DNA from: a virus
DNA: 64,000 nucleotides
IMG/VR virus record: IMGVR_UViG_3300044971_004534
Direction: 5' to 3' (one strand)
The stretch's first letter is position 1, and each line of letters begins with the position of its first letter. Below the pieces are notes generated by a model. The model was not told where the DNA came from. It worked only from the letters and a program-made list of their open reading frames with translations, and made no database searches. The translations under genes and the position numbers were made by a program. Positions 52,958 to 61,818 of the stretch are shown piece by piece.

Positions 52958-53895
52958 TTAGTCATGTTATTTTGCACTATAACAGGCCGTGGCTTTTAAA
53001 AGCTCATATATGTTTATTAAAATTATTTTGTCCATCAGTATCTGAAATTGTTATAGCAGACGATGGCTCTGATAAGAGAGTTTTAGACTTAGTACAATCA
53101 TTTGGAGCTGATCATGTATATGTACAGAGTAATCATCGTTTTGAGTGGGGTAAAAGTTCTGCATCTAATACTTTGATGAGTGGTATAAAAAAATGCAAAA
53201 ACAAGTATATTAGTTTTTCTGAGGATGATTTTTTTGTGTGCCCGAATGGTATAGATGATAGCTCTTTTTATAATAATGGAGAGTATCCAAATTCAAAAAT
53301 ATCTGGTGGTGTAGATCCATTTGCAGATTGTCTTTTTTTGTTTAAAAGTCAAAAGGCCATAATGATTCAGCCTTCTAGGGACGCTAATGGATGGAAGGGT
53401 GTTCCATGTACTGGTAAAAATAGATCAAATCAACTGCAATGGTGTCAAATGGATCACGTTAAAAAGACTAGATTTTATTACAGTAATTGGCCTTGGGTCA
53501 TGCCAGCTACGATTGCAAAACACTTAGACATACCTAAGGACTCTGGCATGTGGACAGTTGAAAGTCATTTAAACAAATGGATGGCAAAAAACTTTGGTAC
53601 TGGCAATTGGAACTGGTGTGCCAGCAAGAGAATGTTTGTTCATGTTGGTCTGCCATTTTCCAAAAAAGATATGAGATATTCTGAAAAAACAGAAAAATCT
53701 ATGATAAGGAATGAGCAATCAAAAGCATTTGCAGACTCAATAGGTCAAAGAGAAGCTTTTTCCAATATAGATGATTTTAATAAAATATTTTTAAATAAGT
53801 GGTTAGAGAAAAAAGTAGATATATCCATAAGCGACCTCTCAACAATTGGAATAAAGAATACTTTTTCAAAATTTGCATCAGAGGTAATGGCTTGA
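52954..53895 (+). CDS. GT-A-like glycosyltransferase (paralog A)
   Basis: 'VILHYNRPWLL...VIADDGSD...ISFSEDDFF...YSNWPWVM'. Clear paralog of the next ORF. Confidence 0.5.
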   Translation: MISHVILHYNRPWLLKAHICLLKLFCPSVSEIVIADDGSDKRVLDLVQSFGADHVYVQSNHRFEWGKSSASNTLMSGIKKCKNKYISFSEDDFFVCPNGIDDSSFYNNGEYPNSKISGGVDPFADCLFLFKSQKAIMIQPSRDANGWKGVPCTGKNRSNQLQWCQMDHVKKTRFYYSNWPWVMPATIAKHLDIPKDSGMWTVESHLNKWMAKNFGTGNWNWCASKRMFVHVGLPFSKKDMRYSEKTEKSMIRNEQSKAFADSIGQREAFSNIDDFNKIFLNKWLEKKVDISISDLSTIGIKNTFSKFASEVMA

Positions 53896-54791
53896 ATATA
53901 GATTATGTAGTTCTTCATTGGAATAGGCCATATTTTGCTGAAGCTAATGTAAAATTGGCCAAAATGTATTTTCCATTTATAAGAAACTTTATTTTACTAG
54001 ATGATGGCTCAAGACAGGAGTGCGTTGATGCATTAAAGCCTAACTTTGACATTGTTTTTCAAAATGGCAAGAATCGTAATGAATGGAAAAAAGGAAGTGT
54101 TGGTAGATTGTTTGAGTCTTTTTTTAAGCAGTCTGATGCAGATTTTATTATTTTTACAGAAGACGATTTTTTCCCATGCACATCTTATTTTGATGATACT
54201 AGTACAGACAATACACTAATATCTCCCGATGTATTATTTTCAAAAGATACATGTTTCAAAGACTTGACAAATAAAATAGAAAAAATAAACACCCCATTCT
54301 TTTACCTCCAATTGGCAAAGTCAAATTATGGATGGAAGTGTTTAGAGACTTATGAGTACAGTGATGACTTTTTAAGAGTGGTTCCACAGCCAGAAAAAAG
54401 AATATATAGCAACTGGCCTTGGCTAATGGGCAAGTCTGTATTTAAAAAATGCATGCACACTCTAGGAGAAATCCCAATATGGCAAATGGAAAACATCGTT
54501 GATAAAAATATAAAGAATATCAATAGAATGAAACCATTGTGTGTAAGACAAAAAATGTTTATACACGTCGGATTCATCTGTACAACTAGAAGAGACCAAT
54601 TTAAATCAATAGGGAAATTTAATCAAAATAGATTAAATGGATCAAGTGCTTTTAGCGGCGAAAATCAAGAAAGTCTTGACGCGATAAGAGATGAGTACAT
54701 AGAAAAGTACTTGAATGGCAGTGCAATTAATATTGAGGATCTTTTTATTAAGGGCCTTCATTACGCCCTTAAAGGTTTTATTGCTGCGTAG
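53892..54791 (+). CDS. GT-A-like glycosyltransferase (paralog B), probable TTG start
   Basis: 'VVLHWNRPYFA...ILLDDGSR...IIFTEDDFF...YSNWPWLM'. GAGG 7 nt upstream of TTG at 53892, which overlaps the upstream TGA (TTGA). The track ATG at 53799 would overlap the upstream gene by 97 nt. Confidence 0.5.
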   Translation: MNIDYVVLHWNRPYFAEANVKLAKMYFPFIRNFILLDDGSRQECVDALKPNFDIVFQNGKNRNEWKKGSVGRLFESFFKQSDADFIIFTEDDFFPCTSYFDDTSTDNTLISPDVLFSKDTCFKDLTNKIEKINTPFFYLQLAKSNYGWKCLETYEYSDDFLRVVPQPEKRIYSNWPWLMGKSVFKKCMHTLGEIPIWQMENIVDKNIKNINRMKPLCVRQKMFIHVGFICTTRRDQFKSIGKFNQNRLNGSSAFSGENQESLDAIRDEYIEKYLNGSAINIEDLFIKGLHYALKGFIAA

Positions 54792-55182
54792 GAACTTCTT
54801 GTACTACGCCAGCAAGCGGTATTGGTTGGCTTATTGGCTGCCATCCAGAAAGCAAGTTGCTATCTTTTGGCTTGCCTCCAACTTCCGTATTTACTGCAAC
54901 GGTTACATGGGGCTTGCGTCCGTCTTTGATATCATATCCCTGCACTCCTACAGCTATCACCTTTTCGTCCTTGGCCCATTCTGATGCTGTTAGATTGATA
55001 ATTTTACCTACGTCTTTTTTATTTTTAGCAGGCCCCATGTTTATGGTCATGTGATGCGCATAGATCTTCCATCCTTTTGGAATGAAAGTGCTCATTCTTT
55101 CAATGAGCATTTGATGACTTGCTTGGTCTAGCAAGATTCCAGTATATGAAACTGTGGAGTTGGCTTTTTTGTACCAATTCAT
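54778..55182 (-). CDS. hypothetical protein with two H-x-T-x motifs (possible minimal 2H phosphoesterase)
   Basis: 'AHHMTIN' and 'PHVTVAV' about 50 aa apart. The start 'MNWYKK' (ATG at 55182) is preferred because the track start at 55284 would overlap tRNA-Gln. Confidence 0.3.
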   Translation of the reverse strand: MNWYKKANSTVSYTGILLDQASHQMLIERMSTFIPKGWKIYAHHMTINMGPAKNKKDVGKIINLTASEWAKDEKVIAVGVQGYDIKDGRKPHVTVAVNTEVGGKPKDSNLLSGWQPISQPIPLAGVVQEVPTQQ

Positions 55183-55260
55183 GTCGTATAATTTTATTTC
55201 ACTATTGCGGCTATTCTTTCCTCTCTTATTGCTGCTCTGGATACGATATAAGTAGAGTAT

Positions 55261-55331
55261 TGCCCCGTGATGTAACGGTAGCATCGGAGCCTTTGAAGCT
55301 TTTTGTCTTGGTTCGAATCCAAGCGGGGCAG
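55261..55331 (+). tRNA. tRNA-Gln (anticodon TTG)
   Basis: Hand-folded. Acceptor TGCCCCG/CGGGGCA (U1-A72). D arm ATGT-AACGGTA-GCAT. Anticodon stem GGAGC/GCTTT with loop CTTTGAA. Variable TTGT. T arm CTTGG-TTCGAAT-CCAAG. Discriminator G. Confidence 0.8.
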
Positions 55332-55335
55332 TTTT

Positions 55336-55731
55336 ATGAGTAAGAATGATCTTTCAAAAATTGAATTTATATTTCCAAAACTTCTTCAAATTTGGGATAA
55401 AGCACCAGATGCAAGACCTGCGTCTATGTCTAACGTAAAAAAAGCACACGATCTTTGGGAATGGTGTGATGAAAGATCTATGGATTTTGAAGATCTTGAA
55501 ACATACTTAAGTATGTTTATTGTAGAAAAAATGTCTAAGTTTTTTACAATTTGCGTAACAGTAAAAAACGGTATACAAGAAGTTAAAAATATAGATGAAA
55601 ATATATCCGTTTCTGGATTCAATATTATATCTTCAATGTCTGAGTTGGTAAAAGCATCTGACAATATTATGCAAATTAAAAGCAGTCCTATTGAAATTAT
55701 AAAAAGAACTGTTCTTAATTCTGCTAGATGA
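55336..55731 (+). CDS. hypothetical protein (131 aa)
   Basis: The ATG at 55336 lies just after tRNA-Gln. The track start at 55303 lies inside the tRNA. Confidence 0.5.
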   Translation: MSKNDLSKIEFIFPKLLQIWDKAPDARPASMSNVKKAHDLWEWCDERSMDFEDLETYLSMFIVEKMSKFFTICVTVKNGIQEVKNIDENISVSGFNIISSMSELVKASDNIMQIKSSPIEIIKRTVLNSAR

Positions 55732-56193
55732 TTAGCGGAGCCTTAAAACATGCACGCACATTTCTGATCTTCTCGGGAAAGCTTCGATATGTTTTTTTAT
55801 TTCTATAAAATTAACATTCTCTATTAGTTCTTGATTGTTTAATGTTTTTTCTAGCAAAGAATTAAATTCTTTTACTACTTCGTTTTCAGCATCTTGTTTT
55901 AACGCCTCTTTCCACAAAGATATATCCCATCCAAATATTTTACTTATTCCAAGCTGGGGTAGCGAGTCAAGGTTGTTCGATAAAGAGTTGTAGGAAAGCA
56001 TATTTATGCAGAAGAATATAGTATATAATTCAGAAAAATTTGAAAAGTTCTTTGCTGAACCTTTTGATTTTTCATCTCGAATTTCTCTGGAAAAGCATAT
56101 TATACAATCAGTGGGACATGAATTAATAACTCCAGAAGAAAGATCAAAAATAATATTAAAGACTTCTTTTATGCGATCAGAATCTGGAGGCAT
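55732..56193 (-). CDS. hypothetical protein, start ambiguous (ATG at 56193 or 56001)
   Basis: ORF abutting the upstream plus-strand stop. Its 5' part overlaps the plus-strand ORF that starts at 56006. Confidence 0.4.
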   Translation of the reverse strand: MPPDSDRIKEVFNIIFDLSSGVINSCPTDCIICFSREIRDEKSKGSAKNFSNFSELYTIFFCINMLSYNSLSNNLDSLPQLGISKIFGWDISLWKEALKQDAENEVVKEFNSLLEKTLNNQELIENVNFIEIKKHIEAFPRRSEMCVHVLRLR

Positions 56194-56617
56194 AGTTACA
56201 TACCAAGGTGGTCATCCAGTCCGTAAATTTGTTACAAAATTGATGCAAATAATGAGATCTTTAGAGCCAGAAAATGTTCTTTTCTGGATGAATCATTTAC
56301 AGTCTGATGAAGTTAATCGTAGTACCTTGCAAAGATGCTGGAGGTCTTCCATAATGCGCATGAGTGAAAATTGGCAGACTCATGCATTTCGTGTTTGGAG
56401 TTTCCCTACAGGCCAAAAATGGCAGTCTTTTAATTGCGTTATAATATTGCCTAGTCGTGATGTATCAGAATCTTATAAACATCTTGATGGTGCTTTAAAC
56501 AATTTTGGATTTTCTAGCTCTACTGGGTTTGTGAGAAGAAATAAGCATGGTTTGCCTCCTTTTTGCATGCACTTGAACATGGATTTATTGAATGAATGTA
56601 TCATAGAGATGAAATGA
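56006..56617 (+). CDS. hypothetical protein (up to 203 aa), start ambiguous
   Basis: ORF with no recognised motif. Its 5' part overlaps the minus-strand ORF. Confidence 0.45.
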   Translation: MQKNIVYNSEKFEKFFAEPFDFSSRISLEKHIIQSVGHELITPEERSKIILKTSFMRSESGGIVTYQGGHPVRKFVTKLMQIMRSLEPENVLFWMNHLQSDEVNRSTLQRCWRSSIMRMSENWQTHAFRVWSFPTGQKWQSFNCVIILPSRDVSESYKHLDGALNNFGFSSSTGFVRRNKHGLPPFCMHLNMDLLNECIIEMK

Positions 56618-56632
56618 TGGATATATAAAGAT

Positions 56633-57235
56633 ATGAGCACTCAAAATTCAAATCAAAAAAACCATAATAGCATAAGCAAGAAAAGTCATAAAAATATTAT
56701 GCAAAAAAATCTATCACATTGGAGCAAGCATTATCAGAATTCGTATCCAAACTCCAATTCTACTTACAATGTTTATCCACACAGCTGGAAAGACTCTGAA
56801 GAGAAAACAGAAAAAATTGATTTAGGCTTTGACGGTTGGGAGTTCAATCTAACAACTAACTCTTGGACATGTAAAATAGATGGAATACGAAACTTTGCTG
56901 ATAGCGGCGTAAATATTTTAATATCTGCAAAGATAAACTCTGGCAGTATGAACAGTTTTTTTCATGTGCTTTTATCTAATAATACAGCTAGTCCCAGTGA
57001 GGATGTTCAGCAAGACTTTGATGACAATAGCATCGAAGTCAGATTAACAATCAAGTCTGCAGACGAAGACTATAAGAAATGGTTTAAAAATTGGAATATT
57101 AATCAAGAAGGAATGTCTTTGACTTTTAACTCAAAAGACAACGGGCCTATCATTGAAAGCCTATCTTCTATAAATCAAATTATAGAAAAAATTAAAGGGA
57201 GATTAATCCTTGAAAAACTCTCACAAAGAAAATAA
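56633..57235 (+). CDS. hypothetical protein (200 aa)
   Basis: ORF with an Asn/Ser/His-rich N-terminus. No family recognised. Confidence 0.55.
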   Translation: MSTQNSNQKNHNSISKKSHKNIMQKNLSHWSKHYQNSYPNSNSTYNVYPHSWKDSEEKTEKIDLGFDGWEFNLTTNSWTCKIDGIRNFADSGVNILISAKINSGSMNSFFHVLLSNNTASPSEDVQQDFDDNSIEVRLTIKSADEDYKKWFKNWNINQEGMSLTFNSKDNGPIIESLSSINQIIEKIKGRLILEKLSQRK

Positions 57236-57341
57236 GATAGATAAATACGCTTTTAAAATATGGATGAGCGGCTTTGTCGTTGGTGTAATTTTAACTTTTT
57301 CTTTTGTCAGCTTAGTGCTAATGTTAAATTCAGCACACTAA
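57210..57341 (+). CDS. possible small membrane protein (26-43 aa) not in the ORF track
   Basis: My translation: (L)KNSHKENKIDKYAFKIW-MSGFVVGVILTFSFVSLVLMLNSAH*. GGGAG 8 nt upstream of TTG at 57210. An internal ATG lies at 57264. Fills the otherwise unassigned gap exactly. Confidence 0.3.
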   Translation: MKNSHKENKIDKYAFKIWMSGFVVGVILTFSFVSLVLMLNSAH

Positions 57342-57689
57342 TCAAAAAGCCATCTTACGCATTTGCTCTATAAGAGCTGGCCCAGATGCCAAAGTTTTAA
57401 CGTATACATTCTTTTGATTGCTGTTATTTTGGAAAAAATTAACTGCTTCTAATAAGGCATTTCTTAAAGTAGATATTGCTTCTATGTTTTCTTTATTTTC
57501 AGATTCTTCTAAAAAACACAGCCATGGATTATTATAGGTTTTTGGAGTACCGCCACTAAATTGCTTATCAGCAGATAGCCTTTTTCCAGAGCTATTTAGT
57601 GTATCAATCAACTTTCTGCATTCTTCTGCAATGCTTTTTAATTGATTTTCTGATACCTTTTTAAAATTATTAGAAACAATCTTGATCAT
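57342..57689 (-). CDS. hypothetical protein (115 aa)
   Basis: ORF downstream of the GT25 gene on the minus strand. Confidence 0.5.
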   Translation of the reverse strand: MIKIVSNNFKKVSENQLKSIAEECRKLIDTLNSSGKRLSADKQFSGGTPKTYNNPWLCFLEESENKENIEAISTLRNALLEAVNFFQNNSNQKNVYVKTLASGPALIEQMRKMAF

Positions 57690-57708
57690 AACTTGATTTT
57701 ACCCACAT

Positions 57709-58326
57709 TTATCTAATATTCCTATAATCCTTAAATGTATTTTCTATGTCAGAGTGATCTGCTCTTTGCCATGCTAGGTGTGGTCTAAATCCATAGCATG
57801 GCATATGTTTTTGCAAAAATGCCAAATGAAGATCTGCTGGTTTTGTAAATATTACATTATCGCTAAATCTTTCCATAATTTTTTCTAATGCCGTTCTTTT
57901 AATTGCATAACAATGAGTTGTATATGTTTTTCTTAACTTATGGACATGCCTATTTATCATCATTATTGGATTATGCCTATGACTGCCTCCAAAATATAGC
58001 ATTTGCCAATCCTTTGGCACCATTGGGTAGTATTCTTGAAATCTTTTTCCTAAGTTTCTGTCAAATTCTACATCATCTTCCATAATCAAAGCTGTTTTTA
58101 TTGTTTTGTCTGCTAGGATCATCTCAAATACCTTGCGGTGCGACATGCAGCATCCAGCTGCCCCAGGCTTTAACTCCCCTATGTTTGTAAGGGTGCTTCC
58201 ATCAATTGCGTCTACAAATTGAACGTTTAATTGAAATTCAGAAAATATCTGTTCACATCTTGCCCTTCTGTCTTGTCTTCTTGGCAAGTTTATGCAATAC
58301 ATTTTATTAAAATCTCTTAATAACAT
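57709..58326 (-). CDS. family 25 glycosyltransferase (LOS/LPS galactosyltransferase-like)
   Basis: 'MYCINLPRRQDRRARCEQIF...VQFVDAIDG', 'GAAGCCMSHRKVFE', 'ALIMEDDVEFD'. Confidence 0.8.
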   Translation of the reverse strand: MLLRDFNKMYCINLPRRQDRRARCEQIFSEFQLNVQFVDAIDGSTLTNIGELKPGAAGCCMSHRKVFEMILADKTIKTALIMEDDVEFDRNLGKRFQEYYPMVPKDWQMLYFGGSHRHNPIMMINRHVHKLRKTYTTHCYAIKRTALEKIMERFSDNVIFTKPADLHLAFLQKHMPCYGFRPHLAWQRADHSDIENTFKDYRNIR

Positions 58327-58359
58327 ATAATTATTTTGTCGAAAAAATACAATATTACC

Positions 58360-59103
58360 ATGACTAAATATTTAATTAATTATGCAGCTAAGGGAACTAA
58401 TTGTTCTGCAAACCACCCAAATGGCGGTTATTTTAACGCACAAATATTAAACAGTAAAACTGGCAAGGAAGTTGCTGGATTTGATCACGTAATAAGTTAC
58501 GGGAAACATTCGTTGTCAACTGATTTTGTAAACAGGCACGAAAAACATTTCCAATACACCAGAGGCGCAGGATACTGGGCCTGGAAGCCTCAAATATGTC
58601 TAGATGCTTTAGATAAAATAAGTAATGGTGACATATTGATGTATTCTGATTCTGGATGTCATTTTGTTCACTCTATGAGCCCTGTTTTTGAAAGATTGGA
58701 AAATGCAAAAAGTAATGTTTTGTGTTTCAATATAGCTCAGATCGAAAAAGATTGGAACAAGAGAGATTGCTTCGTGAGTTTAAATTGTGATTCCCCAGAA
58801 TATACGGATACAAAACAAATTATGAGCACTTTCTTGCTATGCAAAAAAAACGATTTTGCTTATCATATAATTAATGAGTGGCAAAGGCTTGTGAGTGATT
58901 TTCATATGGTGTCCGATGAATTTTTATCTCCTAGTAAAACTCCTAATTATCCATCTTTTAAAGAGCATAGGCATGATCAGTCGCTATTGAGCTTAGTATG
59001 CAAAAAAAATTCGGTATCGATGATGGAAGATATCACTGAATGGGGAGATCCGCATTTGAGAGGCACTCCTCAGATTGTAGCCCATACAAGAAGGACGGAT
59101 TAA
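58360..59103 (+). CDS. hypothetical protein, possible glycosyltransferase
   Basis: 'GAGYWAWKPQI...GDILMYSDSGC'. The call rests on context in the glycan operon. The ATG at 58360 is preferred over the TTG at 58336. Confidence 0.35.
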   Translation: MTKYLINYAAKGTNCSANHPNGGYFNAQILNSKTGKEVAGFDHVISYGKHSLSTDFVNRHEKHFQYTRGAGYWAWKPQICLDALDKISNGDILMYSDSGCHFVHSMSPVFERLENAKSNVLCFNIAQIEKDWNKRDCFVSLNCDSPEYTDTKQIMSTFLLCKKNDFAYHIINEWQRLVSDFHMVSDEFLSPSKTPNYPSFKEHRHDQSLLSLVCKKNSVSMMEDITEWGDPHLRGTPQIVAHTRRTD

Positions 59104-59871
59104 ATGAAAATTGATAAGGTCATACATGCTTCAGACGACAAAGCTTTTTATTTAGATTTTTGGCCCATAGTTTCTAAAATATGGAAGAAAAAGTTCCAAG
59201 TTGAACCAGTTCTTTTGTATTTTGGTAATGGAAATCCGTCTACAGAATTTGGCACAGTTATTAAAATGCCTATTATCCCAGGTGTTCCAGTAAATACTCA
59301 GTGTCAAATATCTCGTTACTGGATTCCTTCAACCGATCTTGACGCAACTTGGATGACATCGGATATTGATATGTTGCCAATATCAAGACATTATTTTCTA
59401 GGATGGCCTTTAGATGTTCCTGATGACAAGTGGCTTCATCTTAATGCGGACCCAGGAGAGCACCACCCCAATATTGTTTATCTATGCTGCTACAACGTAG
59501 CCAAAGGAAGAACTTTTAAGGAAATTTTAGAATTGCCAGAAAGTTTTGAAGAATTTGTAAAAAAAGAATTCTGGAAAGAAAATAGTCACAATTATACTCC
59601 AAATGGTCTTTCGCATGCCTTGCCTCATTGGGGAGCAGATGAGATGTGGTCTAGTAGAATGTTAAATAGATTTTTAGATCAATCAAGAATAGTTCGTCAA
59701 TTTAGAGATTGTGGGCCTCACGGATGCCATAGAATTGATCGATTGAACTGGGAATGGGATGAATCAAAAGTAATCTCCGAAGATTACTATGATTGTCATG
59801 CAATTAGGCCATATTCAAAACATAAAGACTCAATTGACAAGCTAACTAACCTAATACTTAAAAATGTTTAA
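59104..59871 (+). CDS. hypothetical protein with DxD-like motif, possible glycosyltransferase
   Basis: 'WMTSDIDMLPIS'. Starts 1 nt after the upstream stop. Confidence 0.3.
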   Translation: MKIDKVIHASDDKAFYLDFWPIVSKIWKKKFQVEPVLLYFGNGNPSTEFGTVIKMPIIPGVPVNTQCQISRYWIPSTDLDATWMTSDIDMLPISRHYFLGWPLDVPDDKWLHLNADPGEHHPNIVYLCCYNVAKGRTFKEILELPESFEEFVKKEFWKENSHNYTPNGLSHALPHWGADEMWSSRMLNRFLDQSRIVRQFRDCGPHGCHRIDRLNWEWDESKVISEDYYDCHAIRPYSKHKDSIDKLTNLILKNV

Positions 59872-60616
59872 TTTTTCTATAGAATATAATGACCTTGTTT
59901 GGGGTGATAGGTTTTCAAGCATCCCAGGAGTAAAGTTTTTAAAAATTGATGATGCTCTTAATTTTATCAAAAACAACAGCTCAAAAATCAATATAGTAAC
60001 TCATAATGGAGACATAGCGGTGGATGAAAAGTTTACACCATATGCTAACAAGTTTCCAAAATGGTATGGTCAAAATATTGTTACCGGATCTCCAAAATTT
60101 TCTCCAATTCCGATAGGATTAGAGAATGACTATGTTGCGAACTCGGTTGAAAAAAAGCACATGCTTGTTAGACTTTCTAATGAGCGTAGCTATATAATGC
60201 CTAGTAAAATGCTTTATATAAATCACAACATAGGAACAAATCCAGGCGAAAGAAATAAACCATATCATTTATTTGCTACCAGTAATTGGTCTACTGTTGA
60301 GCATAGTGGTGGATTCAGCTATCAAGAGCATTATTACTCCAAAATATTGGATCATTTTTTTATGCTTAGTCCACCAGGAAACGGCATAGATTGTCACAGA
60401 ACTTGGGAGATATTATATCTTAAAAGAATTCCCATACTAAAAAGAGTTGGAAGACTAGAAGAGCTTTATTCTGGACTTCCGGTAGTGTTTATTGATAATT
60501 ACGAAGAAATATCTGAAGAATTTTTACGTAATAAGTATGATGAAATTTTTAACAAACCATTTAATTTTAATAAACTAAAATTTACATATTGGCAAAACTT
60601 AATAGAGCATTCATAA
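59864..60616 (+). CDS. exostosin-like (GT47-like) glycosyltransferase
   Basis: 'FFMLSPPGNGIDCHRTWEILYLKRIPILK' resembles the exostosin C-terminal motif 'FCL.P.G......R..EA...G.IPV'. Confidence 0.45.
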   Translation: MFNFSIEYNDLVWGDRFSSIPGVKFLKIDDALNFIKNNSSKINIVTHNGDIAVDEKFTPYANKFPKWYGQNIVTGSPKFSPIPIGLENDYVANSVEKKHMLVRLSNERSYIMPSKMLYINHNIGTNPGERNKPYHLFATSNWSTVEHSGGFSYQEHYYSKILDHFFMLSPPGNGIDCHRTWEILYLKRIPILKRVGRLEELYSGLPVVFIDNYEEISEEFLRNKYDEIFNKPFNFNKLKFTYWQNLIEHS

Positions 60617-61245
60617 TGAGAATACAATCATATCAGGACATGCTTGAGAATTGGTCTATTAGCAGATATGGTCCCGGCTTTCACGGAGACTTAAGAATGA
60701 TAGAGTGCGTTCATGATATTATAAAATCATGTGATTATTTTATAGAAACAGGTACTAATTTAGGAAATACTCTTTTTTTTGTGTCTCGTAATTTTGATAT
60801 ATTTTGTTACTCTTGCGAGATCTCAGATGCCACTCCAGAGTATGTAAAATACAAAGATAATGTGTGCTTTAGAAAAGAAACATCTCCTCAATTTTTAATG
60901 AATATCGTTAATGAAAACCCTGAAATAGTAGAAAAAAAATGCTTTTTTTATTTAGATGCTCATAGCGATACCCAGTCTGTTTGGCAGGAAGAAATAAAAT
61001 TTATTCTACAATCATTTAAAAATTTTTGTATTATAATAGACGACTTTAATATTAATAATATTTTATTTTCTCATAATGGCTACAGTACAAAAGAATTATT
61101 TAGCATTACTAGCAATGCAAGAGTCAAAGTTTATTCGCCTTCATATAGTGAGTCAACTTCTAATTTTCATTCGCTAACAGGTTGGGTTTTGGTTACTAAT
61201 AGAAATGATTTAAAATTTATAAATGTGAAAGAAATAAATGAATAG
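60616..61245 (+). CDS. possible class I methyltransferase-fold protein (CmcI/TylF-like)
   Basis: 'YFIETGTNLGNTLFFVS' and 'FFYLDAHSD'. TAATG overlap upstream. A weak call. Confidence 0.3.
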   Translation: MRIQSYQDMLENWSISRYGPGFHGDLRMIECVHDIIKSCDYFIETGTNLGNTLFFVSRNFDIFCYSCEISDATPEYVKYKDNVCFRKETSPQFLMNIVNENPEIVEKKCFFYLDAHSDTQSVWQEEIKFILQSFKNFCIIIDDFNINNILFSHNGYSTKELFSITSNARVKVYSPSYSESTSNFHSLTGWVLVTNRNDLKFINVKEINE

Positions 61246-61816
61246 AAAAATATCAGAAAAAGAAAGTTTTGAATTTTGGTTTAATAACTCAGAGTTTGAT
61301 GAACATGATCAATTTGGATCAAAGTATTATGTTAATGATTTTTACAACAAGATAGTTTCTAAGCTAGATGTTCCCAAAGATGGACTTATAGTGGTTGCTG
61401 GAACTCATAAAGCGGTTTCTTTCAATATCCTGTGTGAAATGTTTGGTAGCGAGAGATGTGTTGGTTTAGATTTATACAATCCTTCAGGGCATGATAGGGT
61501 TCTCATTAAGGACTGCTTATCGCTATCTGACTCTGATGATATACCCATAGCATTCGCGCATAACGATGTTGGCAGTCTTTCTCACACCCCAGATGTGAAG
61601 ATACATACTCACAGGTGGCTAACAAAAAATATCGTTCGAGGTGGATACTTAATGGGTAACAATAATTTAAATAGAGCAAAATTTAAATTTGAAGAATATA
61701 TGATTGATAATGGATTTAATAATACTAATTTTTCAGATTTAGATGCAAGCATATTCGATGTATCTTCTTTCCCAAAAGAAAGAATAGAAGGATACATGCT
61801 CTCAAGGAAGAGATAA
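61238..61816 (+). CDS. hypothetical protein (192 aa)
   Basis: ORF coupled to its neighbours in the glycan operon. No firm motif. Confidence 0.45.
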   Translation: MNRKISEKESFEFWFNNSEFDEHDQFGSKYYVNDFYNKIVSKLDVPKDGLIVVAGTHKAVSFNILCEMFGSERCVGLDLYNPSGHDRVLIKDCLSLSDSDDIPIAFAHNDVGSLSHTPDVKIHTHRWLTKNIVRGGYLMGNNNLNRAKFKFEEYMIDNGFNNTNFSDLDASIFDVSSFPKERIEGYMLSRKR

Positions 61817-61818
61817 AT

